Assembly (NCBI GenBank): GCA_965279515.1
Contig: CBDIID010000003.1
Location: 2,784,001-2,848,000 of the forward strand
DNA from: Turneriella sp.
GTDB lineage: Bacteria; Spirochaetota; Leptospiria; Turneriellales; Turneriellaceae
Length of the DNA stretch: 64,000 bases
Direction: 5' to 3'
The notes beneath the pieces were generated by a model. The model saw only the letters and a program-made list of their open reading frames with translations, searched no databases and was not told where the DNA came from. The translations under genes were made by a program, and so were the position numbers. This document shows positions 28,793 through 38,867 of the stretch, in pieces. Every line of letters starts with the position of its first letter. The stretch's first letter is position 1.

Positions 28793-29266
28793 ATGTTACA
28801 CCTGTTCTGCGGAAAAATCGCATCCGGTAAATCGACGATGGCAAAAGAAATTGCCTCGAAGGAAGGCGCGATAATTATCAGCCAGGATGAATGGATGGCC
28901 ACCTTATTTCCCGGAGAAATTAAATCCATTGAAGATTTTGCCCATGCCCTGGGAAAGTTGCGAAAGGTCATGGGCCCGCACATCGTCATGTTATTGAAAC
29001 GGGGACAAACGGTAGTGCTCGACTTTCATGCAAATACGCTAAATGCGCGCCATTGGATGAAATCCATCTTTGAAGAAGCCGGCGCTGACCATACCCTGCA
29101 TTACATGAAAACGCCGGACGATATCTGCAGAACAAGACTCAATCAAAGGAATGCCAAAGGTGATCATGAATATCAGGTTAGCCAGGATGATTTTGATGCC
29201 TTTGCCCTGCATTTTTTGGCGCCATCAGCGGAAGAAGGTTTCAAGATAAAGATGTATAGGGTTTGA
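28793..29266 (+). CDS. AAA_33-type P-loop kinase-like protein
   Basis: CGKIASGKST, SQDEW and VVLDF. Confidence 0.82.
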   Translation: MLHLFCGKIASGKSTMAKEIASKEGAIIISQDEWMATLFPGEIKSIEDFAHALGKLRKVMGPHIVMLLKRGQTVVLDFHANTLNARHWMKSIFEEAGADHTLHYMKTPDDICRTRLNQRNAKGDHEYQVSQDDFDAFALHFLAPSAEEGFKIKMYRV

Positions 29267-29310
29267 CTTTTTTGCCGTTTTCTTTGGGATATTATAAATC
29301 ACGGGGCGAC

Positions 29311-29418
29311 GGCGGCTGGGCAGACCCGGAAAGAGGATGCCTCGCGACAAACCGGCGGCGAAGTCACCCGACTTTCAAGATCGATGATTTGGGATTTCGC
29401 CTGGCGAGATCGCTCTGA
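29311..29418 (+). pseudogene. 3' remnant of an FGE/SUMF1-domain gene
   Basis: Translates GGWADPERGCLATNRRRSHPTFKIDDLGFRLARSL*, which matches the C-terminus of FGE-family proteins. No 5' part present. Confidence 0.7.
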
Positions 29419-29608
29419 AAGCATCGACTGGATGACGGTCGCTGGGCGCGTCACCGCAGCGACCCGAAACTTTTTTTGGCATTATCCTGAGCCGCACGGC
29501 GTACATGCCTGAAGGATCAATGCCCGCTTTCCCTGCCTCAAACCGCGAAACGCTGCCAAATCCTACCCATCAGCCCCGAGTTCACTGTAAGGAGTTTTCT
29601 CATTTCGC

Positions 29609-30964
29609 ATGGAATCGATCAGAAATTTCGACGCCGGTCGAACACTTACCTACATCGGCATTTTAGAAGGCTTAACCAATGACATGAATTCGGCCATCCT
29701 GGCCGCTACTGGGCGGGGTCAAAGTTTGCCGCCCGAGATCTTCGAAATTGCAACACGCTGCAAGTCAATGCAGCAGCTTTCGGCTGACCTGCAGGAAGAC
29801 CTGGTGACCCTTCTGGACGTTCATGACCAGAAAACGCGCCAGGCGGAGGAACTCGAAATTCTCGTACGCGAAAGGACACAAAAACTCGAAGAGAGCTTCG
29901 CGCAGACGCTGCGGCTGAAAGAAGTCCAGGATGCTGATTATTTTCTTATCTCCCTGTTGCTGAAACCTCTGCTAAAACATGAATTGCAAAGTGAACATTT
30001 CCGGGTTTATTTTGACATCGAGCAGTATAAGAAAATTTTCTTCAAGAACCGTTATGCGGAGATCGGCGGCGATATCTGCGCTGCGCAGGAAATATGGCTC
30101 GGGGATCAACGCTACTGCCTGCTCATGAACGCCGACGCCATGGGCAAGTCGATGCAAGGTGCCGCAGGTTCACTGATACTTTCTGCCGTCCTGCGAACCC
30201 TCATATCACGGCCCACGGTTTCGGGGTTGAGGGGACAGTTTCCCGAACATTGGCTTATCAGCACATTCATCGACCTGCACAGGATATTCGAGTGCTTCGA
30301 GTATAGCATGATGGCTTCAATGTTCATCGGACTGTTGCATGAAGCAACGGGGATTCTCTATTTCATCAACGCGGAGCATCCATATCCCATCCTTTACCGC
30401 AATGGCGCTGCGTCTTTTGTCGAAAGTGCCGCACTAAATAAGATCGGCGCTTTTATCGATCTGGAAAATATTCACGTTAACATACTGGCATTGGAGGCGC
30501 ACGATATTCTATTCGTCGGTTCGGATGGAAAAGACGATTTGATTATCGGCGAACACCACGAAGGCAGCCGAATCTTTAACGAGGACGAAACCAGAATTCT
30601 TCGCCACATTGAAGCAGGCAAGGGTGACGGAGAAAAGGTGCGCGCTGAAATCATAGACGCGGGCAAACTTGCCGATGATTATTCTTTGTTACGCCTGCAA
30701 ATTCTGGACACAGCCGTGACCGCGAACTGGAAAAAGCCGCGGCCCAACCGGGGGTCGCGAATGGAATTTTGCCGGCAAATTCGCGCCGGCGATTATCATG
30801 CGGCACTGGAATCTGCGCTAAGAGCAATGCACGAAGATCCGTTAGATGAGGAAGTTGTAATCGCCTTTGCGAAAACAAATGAGAAGTTATCGAATTTCGA
30901 CGCCGCACGGGTTGCACATGAAAGACTGTTATACAGGGGGAAATCCCCAAAAAAAGCAATCTAA
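29609..30964 (+). CDS. SpoIIE/PP2C-family protein phosphatase
   Basis: IGGDIC, NADAMGKSMQGAAG, INAEHP, GSDGKDD and DDYSL. Confidence 0.9.
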   Translation: MESIRNFDAGRTLTYIGILEGLTNDMNSAILAATGRGQSLPPEIFEIATRCKSMQQLSADLQEDLVTLLDVHDQKTRQAEELEILVRERTQKLEESFAQTLRLKEVQDADYFLISLLLKPLLKHELQSEHFRVYFDIEQYKKIFFKNRYAEIGGDICAAQEIWLGDQRYCLLMNADAMGKSMQGAAGSLILSAVLRTLISRPTVSGLRGQFPEHWLISTFIDLHRIFECFEYSMMASMFIGLLHEATGILYFINAEHPYPILYRNGAASFVESAALNKIGAFIDLENIHVNILALEAHDILFVGSDGKDDLIIGEHHEGSRIFNEDETRILRHIEAGKGDGEKVRAEIIDAGKLADDYSLLRLQILDTAVTANWKKPRPNRGSRMEFCRQIRAGDYHAALESALRAMHEDPLDEEVVIAFAKTNEKLSNFDAARVAHERLLYRGKSPKKAI

Positions 30965-32385
30965 TAAACCGCAATGCCCTGGGCATTCGTGGCTGATTGC
31001 AGATTAATTTGGGTTAGGGCACCGGTTTGCTGGTCAATGGTGTAAGAACCCACCTGATTTGTCGTCGAACCATAGCTAATAACCGCAAAACGACCGCTGG
31101 CCTCGATCGCGATAAATGTCGGAAAATTCGCCACACTCAACGTTTGTACCGTGGTCGGGAAACCCGTCGAAGCGTTAATGCTGAATACGGAAATCGAGGG
31201 GCCGCTTGTGTTCACAATATAAACAAAGCGGCCCGTGGGATCGACAGCGGCGCCTTGGGGATTCGAACCGACGGAAACTGTGCCTAACAGCGTCAGCAGG
31301 CCGGTGGATGCATTGATGGAGTAGTAGGACATCGTTTGCGGAGTATTGTTTGCAGAATACAGATAATTACCACTGGGCTCGATGACCGGCGTTAGCGGAC
31401 TCGCACCGCCTGCGGAAACCTGTCCGGCCAGGCCCGTCAGGCTTCCGCTAGTCTGATTTACCTGTGCGACATAGATTTGGTTATCCCCACTCGAAGAAAC
31501 ATAAACGTATTTACCATTCGGATGAATACCGATGCCCGACGGAGCGCTACCTGAAAGCGCAAGATTGGCAGCGCTGAGCGGCGCTCCCGTGCTCATATTG
31601 ATTGAGTATTGCGTAACGGTTGAATTATTAGCGGCGCCATAAAGCACCGAAAGGGTTGGGTGATAGACAAACCCCCGGTTGAAGGTCACATCGGCATAGG
31701 TTGATCCGGTACTGGGCACACCCGTGGACTGGTTGATGCTGGAATAATTCAACGAAGTGCCGGAATTGGTACTCGAGACCAGGACTTTTCCATTAGGGTC
31801 CATCGCAACGGGTATTGTCAGCGACCCATTGGGCACCGTTAGGAACGTACTCACATTGCCCGTTGTCTGATTCAAGGTAGCGTATGAGAGGTTGGCCGAG
31901 GTAAAATTTCCCGTAAACACCCACTTACCAATATCCTTAGTCGTGTACGTGGTACTCGTGTATTCGCTGCCCAGTGCCACGCCTTGATAACTCCTGAGCC
32001 CCGTCGTAATGCGCACCTTATAGGTAGTAAGCGGTTTCAGGAAAGGTAAAGGGACTATGTTTAATCGAGTGCCGTCATTCGACAGGGTGGGCGTTTTAAG
32101 CGAAAGGCACGATGCAAAATTATCCAATGAAACCTGCACTGATCCCAAACAAAACGTGCTGCCGATGCTGGTATTTGCTGAAATCGATGCCGTATCAATG
32201 GCGACAGTGAAATCGACTGTAAATGGGCCGGAGACAGGAAAATTAGCCACGGCGCCTGCGCCGGAGTTCAAAGGCTCAAAACGCAGCTCCCAGAATCTGC
32301 TCCATGAAGAGCATCTGCCAAACCATAAAATAAGAAATACCAGCGGCATACGAACCCAAGCGCTTGTTTTATTACCGATAACCAT
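30961..32385 (-). CDS. lipoprotein with Ig-like (Big_5-like) domain and lactonase-family beta-propeller
   Basis: LKPLTTYKVRITTG (Ig-like). Repeated HPNGKYVY, EPSGNYLY and DPTGRFVY blades. Confidence 0.82.
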   Translation of the reverse strand: MVIGNKTSAWVRMPLVFLILWFGRCSSWSRFWELRFEPLNSGAGAVANFPVSGPFTVDFTVAIDTASISANTSIGSTFCLGSVQVSLDNFASCLSLKTPTLSNDGTRLNIVPLPFLKPLTTYKVRITTGLRSYQGVALGSEYTSTTYTTKDIGKWVFTGNFTSANLSYATLNQTTGNVSTFLTVPNGSLTIPVAMDPNGKVLVSSTNSGTSLNYSSINQSTGVPSTGSTYADVTFNRGFVYHPTLSVLYGAANNSTVTQYSINMSTGAPLSAANLALSGSAPSGIGIHPNGKYVYVSSSGDNQIYVAQVNQTSGSLTGLAGQVSAGGASPLTPVIEPSGNYLYSANNTPQTMSYYSINASTGLLTLLGTVSVGSNPQGAAVDPTGRFVYIVNTSGPSISVFSINASTGFPTTVQTLSVANFPTFIAIEASGRFAVISYGSTTNQVGSYTIDQQTGALTQINLQSATNAQGIAVY

Positions 32386-32573
32386 ATTGCGGCCGCCACG
32401 TTTGCTAACTCATGCCGGTATGCAACCAAAATACCCAGACTTTTTCTGAAAAAATGAAAAACTTAGGGACTGCTGGCAAGGTGGCTTAATTGCCTGGCTG
32501 TCACCTAACCATGCTTGCATGATTCGAATGCGAATTTCGCAGGCATGATGTTACCCAGTAGGCGCTTTATCTT

Positions 32574-33158
32574 TTATTTCTTAGTGACAGTCCACTTGAA
32601 ATTCGTCGTCTTTACGTCTTTCCAAGAAGCAGTTAAAGATGAGCCCTGTGAAACGCAGGTTGTACCGTTACCAACATACGTGGGGGTAAGCAGAACGAAG
32701 CCAGCAGCAGCAGCGGTATATGTATATGTCTTAGGCGTATTAACATCTAACCCACTCAATGCTAAAGCCGGAGTACCGTAAATTCCGTAATCATAGATTC
32801 CCGATGTGTTGCTAACTGTATCATTGAGAGAACCCGGCGTGGGCTGACCAATTAACCTGAGCTGAAGTGTAGCTGAAATAGCGCTATTTCCGCATTTACC
32901 TTCCAGTTTGCCCGCGGCCATTACAAATTCATAGGTACCGGCCGCGGGGATGGCAATCTTCGCCTGACAATTATCATAGCAAGAGCCACAAATTTCGCCC
33001 GTGCTGGCAGTTTGTTCGTAAATCACTTTGTTGCCCGACATCAGGCAGGCCGGGCCTTTATCTTCAGCTTCCGTTGTTTTTGCGCATGCCCCCAGAAACA
33101 AGATGGCAAGCATACTCAAGATGAGAGGATTATTGGGGATTTTTTTCATGCATCTCAT
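32574..33158 (-). CDS. hypothetical Cys-rich lipoprotein
   Basis: Lipobox LGAC and several further Cys residues. Confidence 0.7.
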   Translation of the reverse strand: MRCMKKIPNNPLILSMLAILFLGACAKTTEAEDKGPACLMSGNKVIYEQTASTGEICGSCYDNCQAKIAIPAAGTYEFVMAAGKLEGKCGNSAISATLQLRLIGQPTPGSLNDTVSNTSGIYDYGIYGTPALALSGLDVNTPKTYTYTAAAAGFVLLTPTYVGNGTTCVSQGSSLTASWKDVKTTNFKWTVTKK

Positions 33159-33387
33159 TAGAAATTATCCAACAATTGGTCAATGATATTGTTAGTCAAA
33201 ATCTGACACTGTTAAAAATCCAACTACTCACCGGAAGTGTCCCGGGGAATTTGGGCTTAAATATACCTCTACGCGGGATTTAGTATCAGCGTTTACGATA
33301 AGATGGGTATTCCGTCTCCATTAGCCTGCCGCGCGCTGAAACGACTCTGTCATTGACGCCCAACTTAAATCACGGGAGCTATCCGCA

Positions 33388-34131
33388 ATGACAGCGCCCC
33401 ATACCGCCCTCACCCGCAGCCGCATTACCAGCGATCACGCGCTGATCACACCAGAAAGCCATGTGTTGCTTTCGCCGCCGGGCTGGTCGAAAGCCACCGT
33501 GGTTTATTTTATCTCGCCGCAGATGGGTGCCAACTTCACCATGTTTATGGGCGTCTTCGAAGCGGGCGGCGAAGTCAAACGCAACCTCGGCGACAATGAG
33601 ATTCTGGGTTATGTCTTAGAGGGGGATGCAGAGCTGAGCGCAAAGTCGAAATCCGCGCTGCAACCGGGTTCGTTCTTTTTTCTGCCACCGGGCACCGCAT
33701 TCAGCATCGCCGCGAAGAAACCCAGTCGGGTATTGTTTTTCGAAAAGATGTATGAACCCCTCGCGGGAGTTAATCCCCCTGCTGAAATTATTTCACACGA
33801 AAACAAAGTCACCAAAGAACCCTTTCTCGGTGACCCAGGTGCCCTTTTGCAAGTGCTCATGCCGATGGGCGCCGAGTTCGATATGGGTGTGAATATTTTT
33901 GAATTCGCCCCGGGCGGTACGTTACCGAATGTCGAGAACCACTATATGGAGCATGGGCTGTATGTTCTGCAGGGCCAGGGCGTCTACCGCCTCAGCGAAA
34001 GCTGGTACCCCGTGCAAAAAGACGATGCCATCTGGATGGCGCCGTTTTGCCTGCAATGGTTTGTGGCATCGGGAAAACAGAATACGAAATATATTTATTA
34101 CAAGGACATGAACCGTCCACCGTTGGTATAA
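33388..34131 (+). CDS. allE: (S)-ureidoglycine aminohydrolase (YlbA/AllE bicupin)
   Basis: HALITPESHV, ENHYMEHGLYVLQGQG, WMAPFCLQWF and YIYYKDMNR. Confidence 0.92.
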   Translation: MTAPHTALTRSRITSDHALITPESHVLLSPPGWSKATVVYFISPQMGANFTMFMGVFEAGGEVKRNLGDNEILGYVLEGDAELSAKSKSALQPGSFFFLPPGTAFSIAAKKPSRVLFFEKMYEPLAGVNPPAEIISHENKVTKEPFLGDPGALLQVLMPMGAEFDMGVNIFEFAPGGTLPNVENHYMEHGLYVLQGQGVYRLSESWYPVQKDDAIWMAPFCLQWFVASGKQNTKYIYYKDMNRPPLV

Positions 34132-34132
34132 T

Positions 34133-34291
34133 ATGGCACTCGGGGAAAATTTAATCGCGAAAGGCCTGCTGACGAAGCAGCAACTCGACACTGCTCTCGC
34201 AAAGCAGAAAGAAACGCCCGGCGAACGTATCGGTGAAATTCTCGTCAAACTCGGCTTTGTGACTAAAGACCAGGTTGAAAGTTCACTTTAA
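34133..34291 (+). CDS. stand-alone MshEN-domain microprotein (putative c-di-GMP receptor), 52 aa
   Basis: Manual translation: MALGENLIAKGLLTKQQLDTALAKQKETPGERIGEILVKLGFVTKDQVESSL. Starts 1 nt after the allE stop. Below the ORF-track cutoff. Confidence 0.85.
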   Translation: MALGENLIAKGLLTKQQLDTALAKQKETPGERIGEILVKLGFVTKDQVESSL

Positions 34292-35724
34292 TTAATTTTT
34301 CGCCACGGCTTCGCCGCTTCGAGCGCAAAGGCAAGTTCAATGAGCGTGCGTTCGGCACCATGCGGCGCTTGCAGTTGCATGCCGATCGGCAGGCCATTCT
34401 TATCGGCACCCATCGGCAGCGAAATCGCCGGGCTGCCGGCAGCGTTGTTGAGCGGGGTAAAGGCGACGTAGCGCATCAGGCGCTCATAGAGCTGTTCGTA
34501 GTCCATATCGGGGTTTAAATGCCCGAGCTTCGGCACGACATGCCCCAGCACCGGTGAAAGTACCGCATCATAACCGCGCATCGCATCAGCATAGAGCTTT
34601 TGCGTCTGATTTAAACGGTAGAGCATCAGCGGTGCGCTCAGCATGCGCGCCTTAAAATAGTCTACCAACCCACGGCTAAACGGATCGAGCTTGGCGCCGT
34701 CAAAATCGCGGCTGACGACAAAACGCCCGAAAGTGCTGATCAGAAATGCCAGCATGGCCCAGTAGAGCGTGAAGTCTTCGAGAAAATTTTTACTCACAGG
34801 CAACGGCATCGGTACCAGTGTATGACCCATGGATTCGAAAATCTTCTGTGTCTCACTGAGTACCGCGCGCGTTTCCTCACAGGTGTGAGTTCCCGTAATC
34901 GAATCGACAATCACACCGATGCGCAGCTTTTTTTTCCCGGGGCCCTCGACGCGGCCAATCACGGGTAACTTAGGATTGCGGTAATAATCCTCAAGGCCGG
35001 CCATGAAGGCCGCAGTATCGCGCACGCTGCGCGTCACAACGCCTTCGCTCACGATATTGATCGGCATGGAACTCGCGGATGCATTATTGAGATGCCTGTC
35101 GCGCGTCGGTTTCAGGCCCACGAGGCCACAGCATGCGGCCGGCACGCGGATCGAACCACCGCCGTCGTTCGCGTGCGCGATCGGTACAACGCCGGCAGCG
35201 ACGAGCGCCGCCGAGCCGCCCGACGAGCCGCCGGCAGAATAATCGGTATTCCAGGGATTGCGCGTCGGGTGGTCGCTCTCAAATTCCGTCGAAGCATTGA
35301 AGCCGAATTCGGGCAACGAACTCTTGCCCAGAACGTTGAACCCCTGCGCGAGAAACTGCGCGGTAAATTTTCCATCGTCGGCCGCAATGTGCGCTTTCGC
35401 GGCCCGCGTGCCGTTGCGCGTGGGTAATCCCTTCATGTCGGCGTTGTCTTTAACAAAAGTGGGAACTCCCGCGAATATGCCCTGGCCATTGAATTTCCGC
35501 GCTGCATCCTGCGCACGTTCGAAGATAGGAAATTCGATCGCATTCAGGCTACCGTTCACCTTTTGGGCGCGCCGGATGGCAGCCTCGGTGACTTCGGTGG
35601 CAGTAATTTCACCGCGGTGGATGAGCCCGGCGAGGGCCACAGCGTCGTGTTCTGCAAGCACGTCGTTGCCAAAGGCATGGACGCGCTCTCCCAATGTTTC
35701 AGATTTCAAACGGGCAGATGGCAT
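34288..35724 (-). CDS. amidase signature family enzyme
   Basis: GVPTFVKD, GGSSGGSAA and NDGGGSIRVPAACCGLVGLKP. Confidence 0.92.
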   Translation of the reverse strand: MPSARLKSETLGERVHAFGNDVLAEHDAVALAGLIHRGEITATEVTEAAIRRAQKVNGSLNAIEFPIFERAQDAARKFNGQGIFAGVPTFVKDNADMKGLPTRNGTRAAKAHIAADDGKFTAQFLAQGFNVLGKSSLPEFGFNASTEFESDHPTRNPWNTDYSAGGSSGGSAALVAAGVVPIAHANDGGGSIRVPAACCGLVGLKPTRDRHLNNASASSMPINIVSEGVVTRSVRDTAAFMAGLEDYYRNPKLPVIGRVEGPGKKKLRIGVIVDSITGTHTCEETRAVLSETQKIFESMGHTLVPMPLPVSKNFLEDFTLYWAMLAFLISTFGRFVVSRDFDGAKLDPFSRGLVDYFKARMLSAPLMLYRLNQTQKLYADAMRGYDAVLSPVLGHVVPKLGHLNPDMDYEQLYERLMRYVAFTPLNNAAGSPAISLPMGADKNGLPIGMQLQAPHGAERTLIELAFALEAAKPWRKIN

Positions 35725-35825
35725 GAGAGCGGGTGCGACGCACAAATCGCAGCGTCAACGGAGAAAGTATTCCCTGAATTGTATTGACTTAGGGTGTAAA
35801 TGCGTCTGATTGCAACCATCTATCC

Positions 35826-37997
35826 ATGCGTTTATTGATCCAGGCATTACCCATCTTATTGCTCAGCGCAGCGCCGATCATTGCTGCCGGGGAGCCCCCC
35901 GCTATTGTCTATGGCGCCGACGAAGCATTTCGCCCCTATGAGTGGTTCAGCGAAGACGGCAAGCTCGAGGGTTTCCAGATCGATCTGGTACGCGCCATCG
36001 CGGCCTCGACCGGCCGGCGAGTGAATTTTGTCACCGGCGCATGGAATACCATCCGCAACGGATTCATGGATGGCAGCGTGCATGTCGTCACCATGTTCGA
36101 TCAGCCCGTGCGCAGGGGATACGCCGATTTCAGCAAACCGCACTCCGTGCTCGCTTCAGAAATTTTTATCCGTCAGGGCTCGAAGCCGATTTTATCACTC
36201 GCCGAACTCGCCGGTAAGGAAGTCATCCAGCAAGCGGGAGCTCTTTCTTCGGAATATCTGCACACGCAGACAATAAAGTATAAATCCATTCCCGTGCGCG
36301 ATCCGCTGGAAGCGATACAGCTTCTGGCCTCAGGCAAGCACGATTGTGTTATCACCACGCAGGTCGGCGGCCGCTACGCTTTGCAGAAACTCGGCATCAA
36401 AAATGTCATCGGCACGGGGCAGCCGATTTTGGCCTCCAATGTCGCCTTCGCGGTGCGCAAAGGTGATACAGAAATGCTGCGTTGGCTCAACGACGGTATC
36501 GACAAGGTCAAGGCCGACGGCAGTTACGAACAGATTTACCAGCGCTGGTTCGGTGACGGCGACCAGGCAAAAAAAGCGGAGCTACAAAAGTTACAGCGCG
36601 TCTTTTTTGCGGCGCTCGCAGTTCTGGTTTTAATCATCAGCGGCAGCCTGCTTTGGGTGAAAATGCTGCGCCGCGCCGTGGCGGCGCAAACGCTCGAACT
36701 GCAGTACCTCGCTGACCATGACTCTCTCACGGGCGTCTACAACCGCCACTATATCACACGCGCGGTCAGCGATGCTATCCAGGAATTTACCAACCTGGGG
36801 GCAAAAGGTTCCTTCGGTTTGTTATTCATCGACCTCGACCGCTTTAAGCTCGTCAATGACAGCCTGGGCCACCATTTCGGCGATCTTGTCATCAAGGCGG
36901 TGGCTTTTGAAATTCTCGCGGCGGTCGATAACCGCTGCCTGGTGGCGCGCTGGGGTGGGGATGAATTCATCGTGCTGGTAAATTCGGTGCCGCACGGGGG
37001 TGCGCTGGAAAAAATTGCCAACCGTATTGCCGACAAACTCAAATCTCCCTACAGTTTCCGTGATAAGGATATCTATGTCGGCGCGAGCATCGGTGCGGTG
37101 ATGTCATCGCTGCGTTATGGCAGTGCCGAAGAAATGCTCCGCGATGCCGATAACGCCATGTACAGCGCCAAGGCCGACAAACGCGCTTCGGTAAAACTTT
37201 TCGAACCGCAAATGCATGAGATTGCGGTACGCAGCATGCGGCTCAGCTCTGATTTTCGAAAGGCAGTCGACCGCGGCGAAATCATCAACTATTACCAGCC
37301 CATCTTCACGCTGAAAAACGCTGAACTCCGCGGTTTCGAAGCGTTGGTGCGCTGGCAGCACCCGGAACTGGGATTACTGTTGCCCGCATCATTCATGCCT
37401 ATTCTGGAAAAGACGGATGCGATGCGTCTTCTGGGCGATTGTGTAATGAAGAACGCGATTGCAGCCGCAAAAAGCTGGTCTCAGAGTTTTCCGGGTGATT
37501 TTTATATCAGTGTCAATATCTCTGACGAACAATTTGCCTTTGGCAACCTGACCGAACATATCGGTGGTTTGATTGATGCGGCAAAGCTTCCCCCACATTT
37601 TATGCGGTTGGAAATTACCGAGACGGTCCTGATGGCCGATACGGTGAGTGGCATGTCGCAGCTGGATGAACTCAAGGGCATGGGCCTCAGGTTACTCATC
37701 GACGATTTCGGTACCGGATTTTCTTCCCTGAGCCACCTCGCCTCGATTCCCGCAGATACGATTAAGATCGATCGTTCTTTCGTGCACGGTTTGAAGCCGG
37801 GCCTCAAGAACTATGAAATCGTCAAAGCCATGCTGGCTTTAACGGCGAATTTGCACCTCGAGGCCGTGGCAGAGGGTGTGGAAACCGATGAGGAGCGCGA
37901 ATGGTTGGGCAAGCTCGGCTGTGAATATGCGCAAGGTTTTCTGTTTTCGCATCCCCTCACCGAAGCTGCGGCGCTGCAACTTTTGGAGAAACAGTGA
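35826..37997 (+). CDS. periplasmic binding protein (SBP_bac_3)-TM-GGDEF-EAL c-di-GMP enzyme
   Basis: FRPYEW...GFQIDL, HDSLTGVYNR, WGGDEF, FEALVRW and IDDFGTGFSSL. Confidence 0.93.
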   Translation: MRLLIQALPILLLSAAPIIAAGEPPAIVYGADEAFRPYEWFSEDGKLEGFQIDLVRAIAASTGRRVNFVTGAWNTIRNGFMDGSVHVVTMFDQPVRRGYADFSKPHSVLASEIFIRQGSKPILSLAELAGKEVIQQAGALSSEYLHTQTIKYKSIPVRDPLEAIQLLASGKHDCVITTQVGGRYALQKLGIKNVIGTGQPILASNVAFAVRKGDTEMLRWLNDGIDKVKADGSYEQIYQRWFGDGDQAKKAELQKLQRVFFAALAVLVLIISGSLLWVKMLRRAVAAQTLELQYLADHDSLTGVYNRHYITRAVSDAIQEFTNLGAKGSFGLLFIDLDRFKLVNDSLGHHFGDLVIKAVAFEILAAVDNRCLVARWGGDEFIVLVNSVPHGGALEKIANRIADKLKSPYSFRDKDIYVGASIGAVMSSLRYGSAEEMLRDADNAMYSAKADKRASVKLFEPQMHEIAVRSMRLSSDFRKAVDRGEIINYYQPIFTLKNAELRGFEALVRWQHPELGLLLPASFMPILEKTDAMRLLGDCVMKNAIAAAKSWSQSFPGDFYISVNISDEQFAFGNLTEHIGGLIDAAKLPPHFMRLEITETVLMADTVSGMSQLDELKGMGLRLLIDDFGTGFSSLSHLASIPADTIKIDRSFVHGLKPGLKNYEIVKAMLALTANLHLEAVAEGVETDEEREWLGKLGCEYAQGFLFSHPLTEAAALQLLEKQ

Positions 37998-38497
37998 CAT
38001 TAAACGAACTAAATGCCTTACCCGAGACCGAAGCCCGCAAGGTGTTCCATGACTGCAATGCCGCGGAAAAATGGGGCAGCACGCTTGCGGCATCTCGCCC
38101 CTTTGCTGATCTCGATGCGCTGAAAAATCAAGCGGCATCGGTCTGGAAAACTCTCGGCGAGCCGGACTTTTTGCAGGCCTTCGAGGCACACCCGATGATC
38201 GGTGACGTGGACTCGTTACGCAAGAAGTATGCCTCGACAAAAGCCATGGCTTCGGGCGAACAATCGGGAGCCACAGGTGCCGACGAGGCGGTACTCACGG
38301 AACTTGCAGTAAAAAACCGCGAGTACCTGGAGAAATTTGGCTTTATCTTCATTGTCTTTGCCACCGGAAAAACCGCTGCCCAGATGCTCGATTTGCTGCG
38401 CGCACGCATCGGTAATACCAGGGCAGAGGAAATCCGTAATGCGGCGGCAGAGCAGTTGAAGATCAGTCTTTTACGTATCGATAAACTGCTGGCGTGA
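37994..38497 (+). CDS. uraD: OHCU decarboxylase
   Basis: AFEAHPMIG, EQSG, YLEKFGFIFIVFA and EQLKI. GTG overlaps the upstream TGA. Confidence 0.93.
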   Translation: MTLNELNALPETEARKVFHDCNAAEKWGSTLAASRPFADLDALKNQAASVWKTLGEPDFLQAFEAHPMIGDVDSLRKKYASTKAMASGEQSGATGADEAVLTELAVKNREYLEKFGFIFIVFATGKTAAQMLDLLRARIGNTRAEEIRNAAAEQLKISLLRIDKLLA

Positions 38498-38537
38498 ATT
38501 TGTATTGGCGCGGCATGAGCCGCACTTACATGCGATT

Positions 38538-38867
38538 ATGAAAAGCATCAGCACGCACATTCTCGATATCTCACGCGGCAAGCCTGCACAGGGCGTTCAG
38601 GTTGTTCTCGAGTTTCTTGACGGAGAGTTCAAAAAGGCCGCTGAAGGTGTGACCGATGCCGACGGCCGCGTGCGCGATTGGCAATTCACCATGAAGACCG
38701 GAACCTGGCGCATCCGTTTTGAAATCGCCTCGTATTTTGAAGGCCTGAAAGAATCGTGCTTTTATCCTTACGTCGAAATCGTCTTCCAGGTGACAAATGC
38801 CGAACAGCATTACCACGTGCCCTTACTGCTCAGCGCCTACGGGTTTTCCACCTACCGCGGCAGCTGA
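38538..38867 (+). CDS. uraH: 5-hydroxyisourate hydrolase
   Basis: ISTHILD, HYHVPLLLS and C-terminal YRGS. Confidence 0.95.
   Translation: MKSISTHILDISRGKPAQGVQVVLEFLDGEFKKAAEGVTDADGRVRDWQFTMKTGTWRIRFEIASYFEGLKESCFYPYVEIVFQVTNAEQHYHVPLLLSAYGFSTYRGS

Noticed and set aside
29290..29600. Possible riboswitch or ncRNA upstream of the SpoIIE gene
   Set aside because: The first part translates as an FGE C-terminus. No recognisable riboswitch consensus.
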